Shown here: in pieces, positions 63,299-64,000 of the stretch | Numbering within the stretch: the stretch's first letter is position 1 | Layout of the letters: every line of letters starts with the position of its first letter | Assembly (NCBI RefSeq): GCF_001447785.1 | Contig: NW_015175435.1 | Location: 214,432 to 278,431 of the forward strand | DNA: 64,000 nt | Direction: 5' to 3' | Origin: Gekko japonicus | Lineage: Eukaryota | The notes under the pieces: model-generated | Told to the model about the DNA's origin: nothing | Databases searched by the model: none | What the model saw: only the letters and a program-made list of their open reading frames with translations | Made by a program: the position numbers and the translations under genes

Positions 63299-63803
63299 AA
63301 GTGGGACCCACGATACTTGCGGGGGGAGTATTCCCCACAGCTCCCAGCCTGCAGAAGCAGGAGGAGCTCCGCAGGAGGAGGAAGCGGTAGCAGGTGAACT
63401 CAGGAGGCGGGCCCACCAGGCCCAGCAAGCCTTCTCCCTTCTCCCCCAGCACTGGTGGCAAGGCCTGAGTGGCCCACAGCCACCAAGTCTTTTCCCACAC
63501 ACCCCTCCCCAGTGGCGGCAGCGGCGGCGAGGCCTGAGTGGCCCACAACCACCAGACCACCAATCCTCTTGACCCCCCTCCATGGCAATGGCAGAAGCAA
63601 GACAGTTGTCAGGGCGTTCTCTGCGCATGCACAGGGAAAGCTTTTTTACTTTTAGGGGGATTTAAGTATCCCCCGTATAGTTTTTTTTTAACTTTTCAGA
63701 TTTTTCTGCACACCTGGGGACTGCCCCAAGTGTGCAGGAAAATCTCTCTGCCCCCTAAGTGCCCCTGATGTGCAGATTCAGATATCTGCACAGAGGGGGC
63801 CTC
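63299..63803. mobile_element. Possible Tc1/mariner(Tigger)-like MITE, GC-rich with internal repeats
   Basis: Degenerate TIRs gtgggacccacgatacttgcgg / ctgcacagagggggcctct; duplicated ggcctgagtggcccaca motif. Confidence 0.4.
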
Positions 63804-64000
63804 TTGGCTATTAGATGTACAGATAGAATAGAATAAAGTTTATTGTATGTGGCCATTGGCTGTCACAATTCCATATAAAACTGGATCCCTAATATCTTAA
63901 AATACACATTTAGTTATTAAATTCAGTAAGAATTAAATTCATTTGTATAACATCTAAAATATTTAAAATGCCTCAAATTAAAATAGTATACATTTACAGA

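Noticed and set aside
63071-63655. Overlapping GC-rich ORFs as a small gene
   Set aside because: Low-complexity GC-rich repeat interior, open in several frames, with no recognisable domain.

Overview
Eukaryotic (vertebrate) genomic DNA, very probably a squamate reptile and most likely a gecko, judged by Sauria SINEs, Squam3-like tRNA SINEs, BovB, CR1, L2, RTE-X and DIRS repeats. The whole window lies inside CSMD1 on the minus strand. Five internal coding exons (44101-43910, 40869-40731, 39512-39325, 31849-31655, 16157-16041; 831 nt, all AG/GT bounded, frame-consistent) encode Sushi-CUB-Sushi-start of CUB. The rest is intron, packed with transposable elements, and has five assembly gaps. The most notable accessory structures are: (1) a ~1.9 kb, TSD-flanked, polyadenylated L1-derived element encoding only ORF1p (half-L1/HAL1-like), with a cUUCGg hairpin just before its tail; (2) a DIRS tyrosine-recombinase retrotransposon whose YR+ICR block is inverted relative to its gag-RT block; (3) a family of non-autonomous Helitrons with exact A|TC...hairpin-CTAG|T ends, built from captured repeat modules; (4) repeated A-B'-A locally templated insertions. 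Repeat family names come from recalled motifs, not database searches, and TE boundaries are approximate unless stated.
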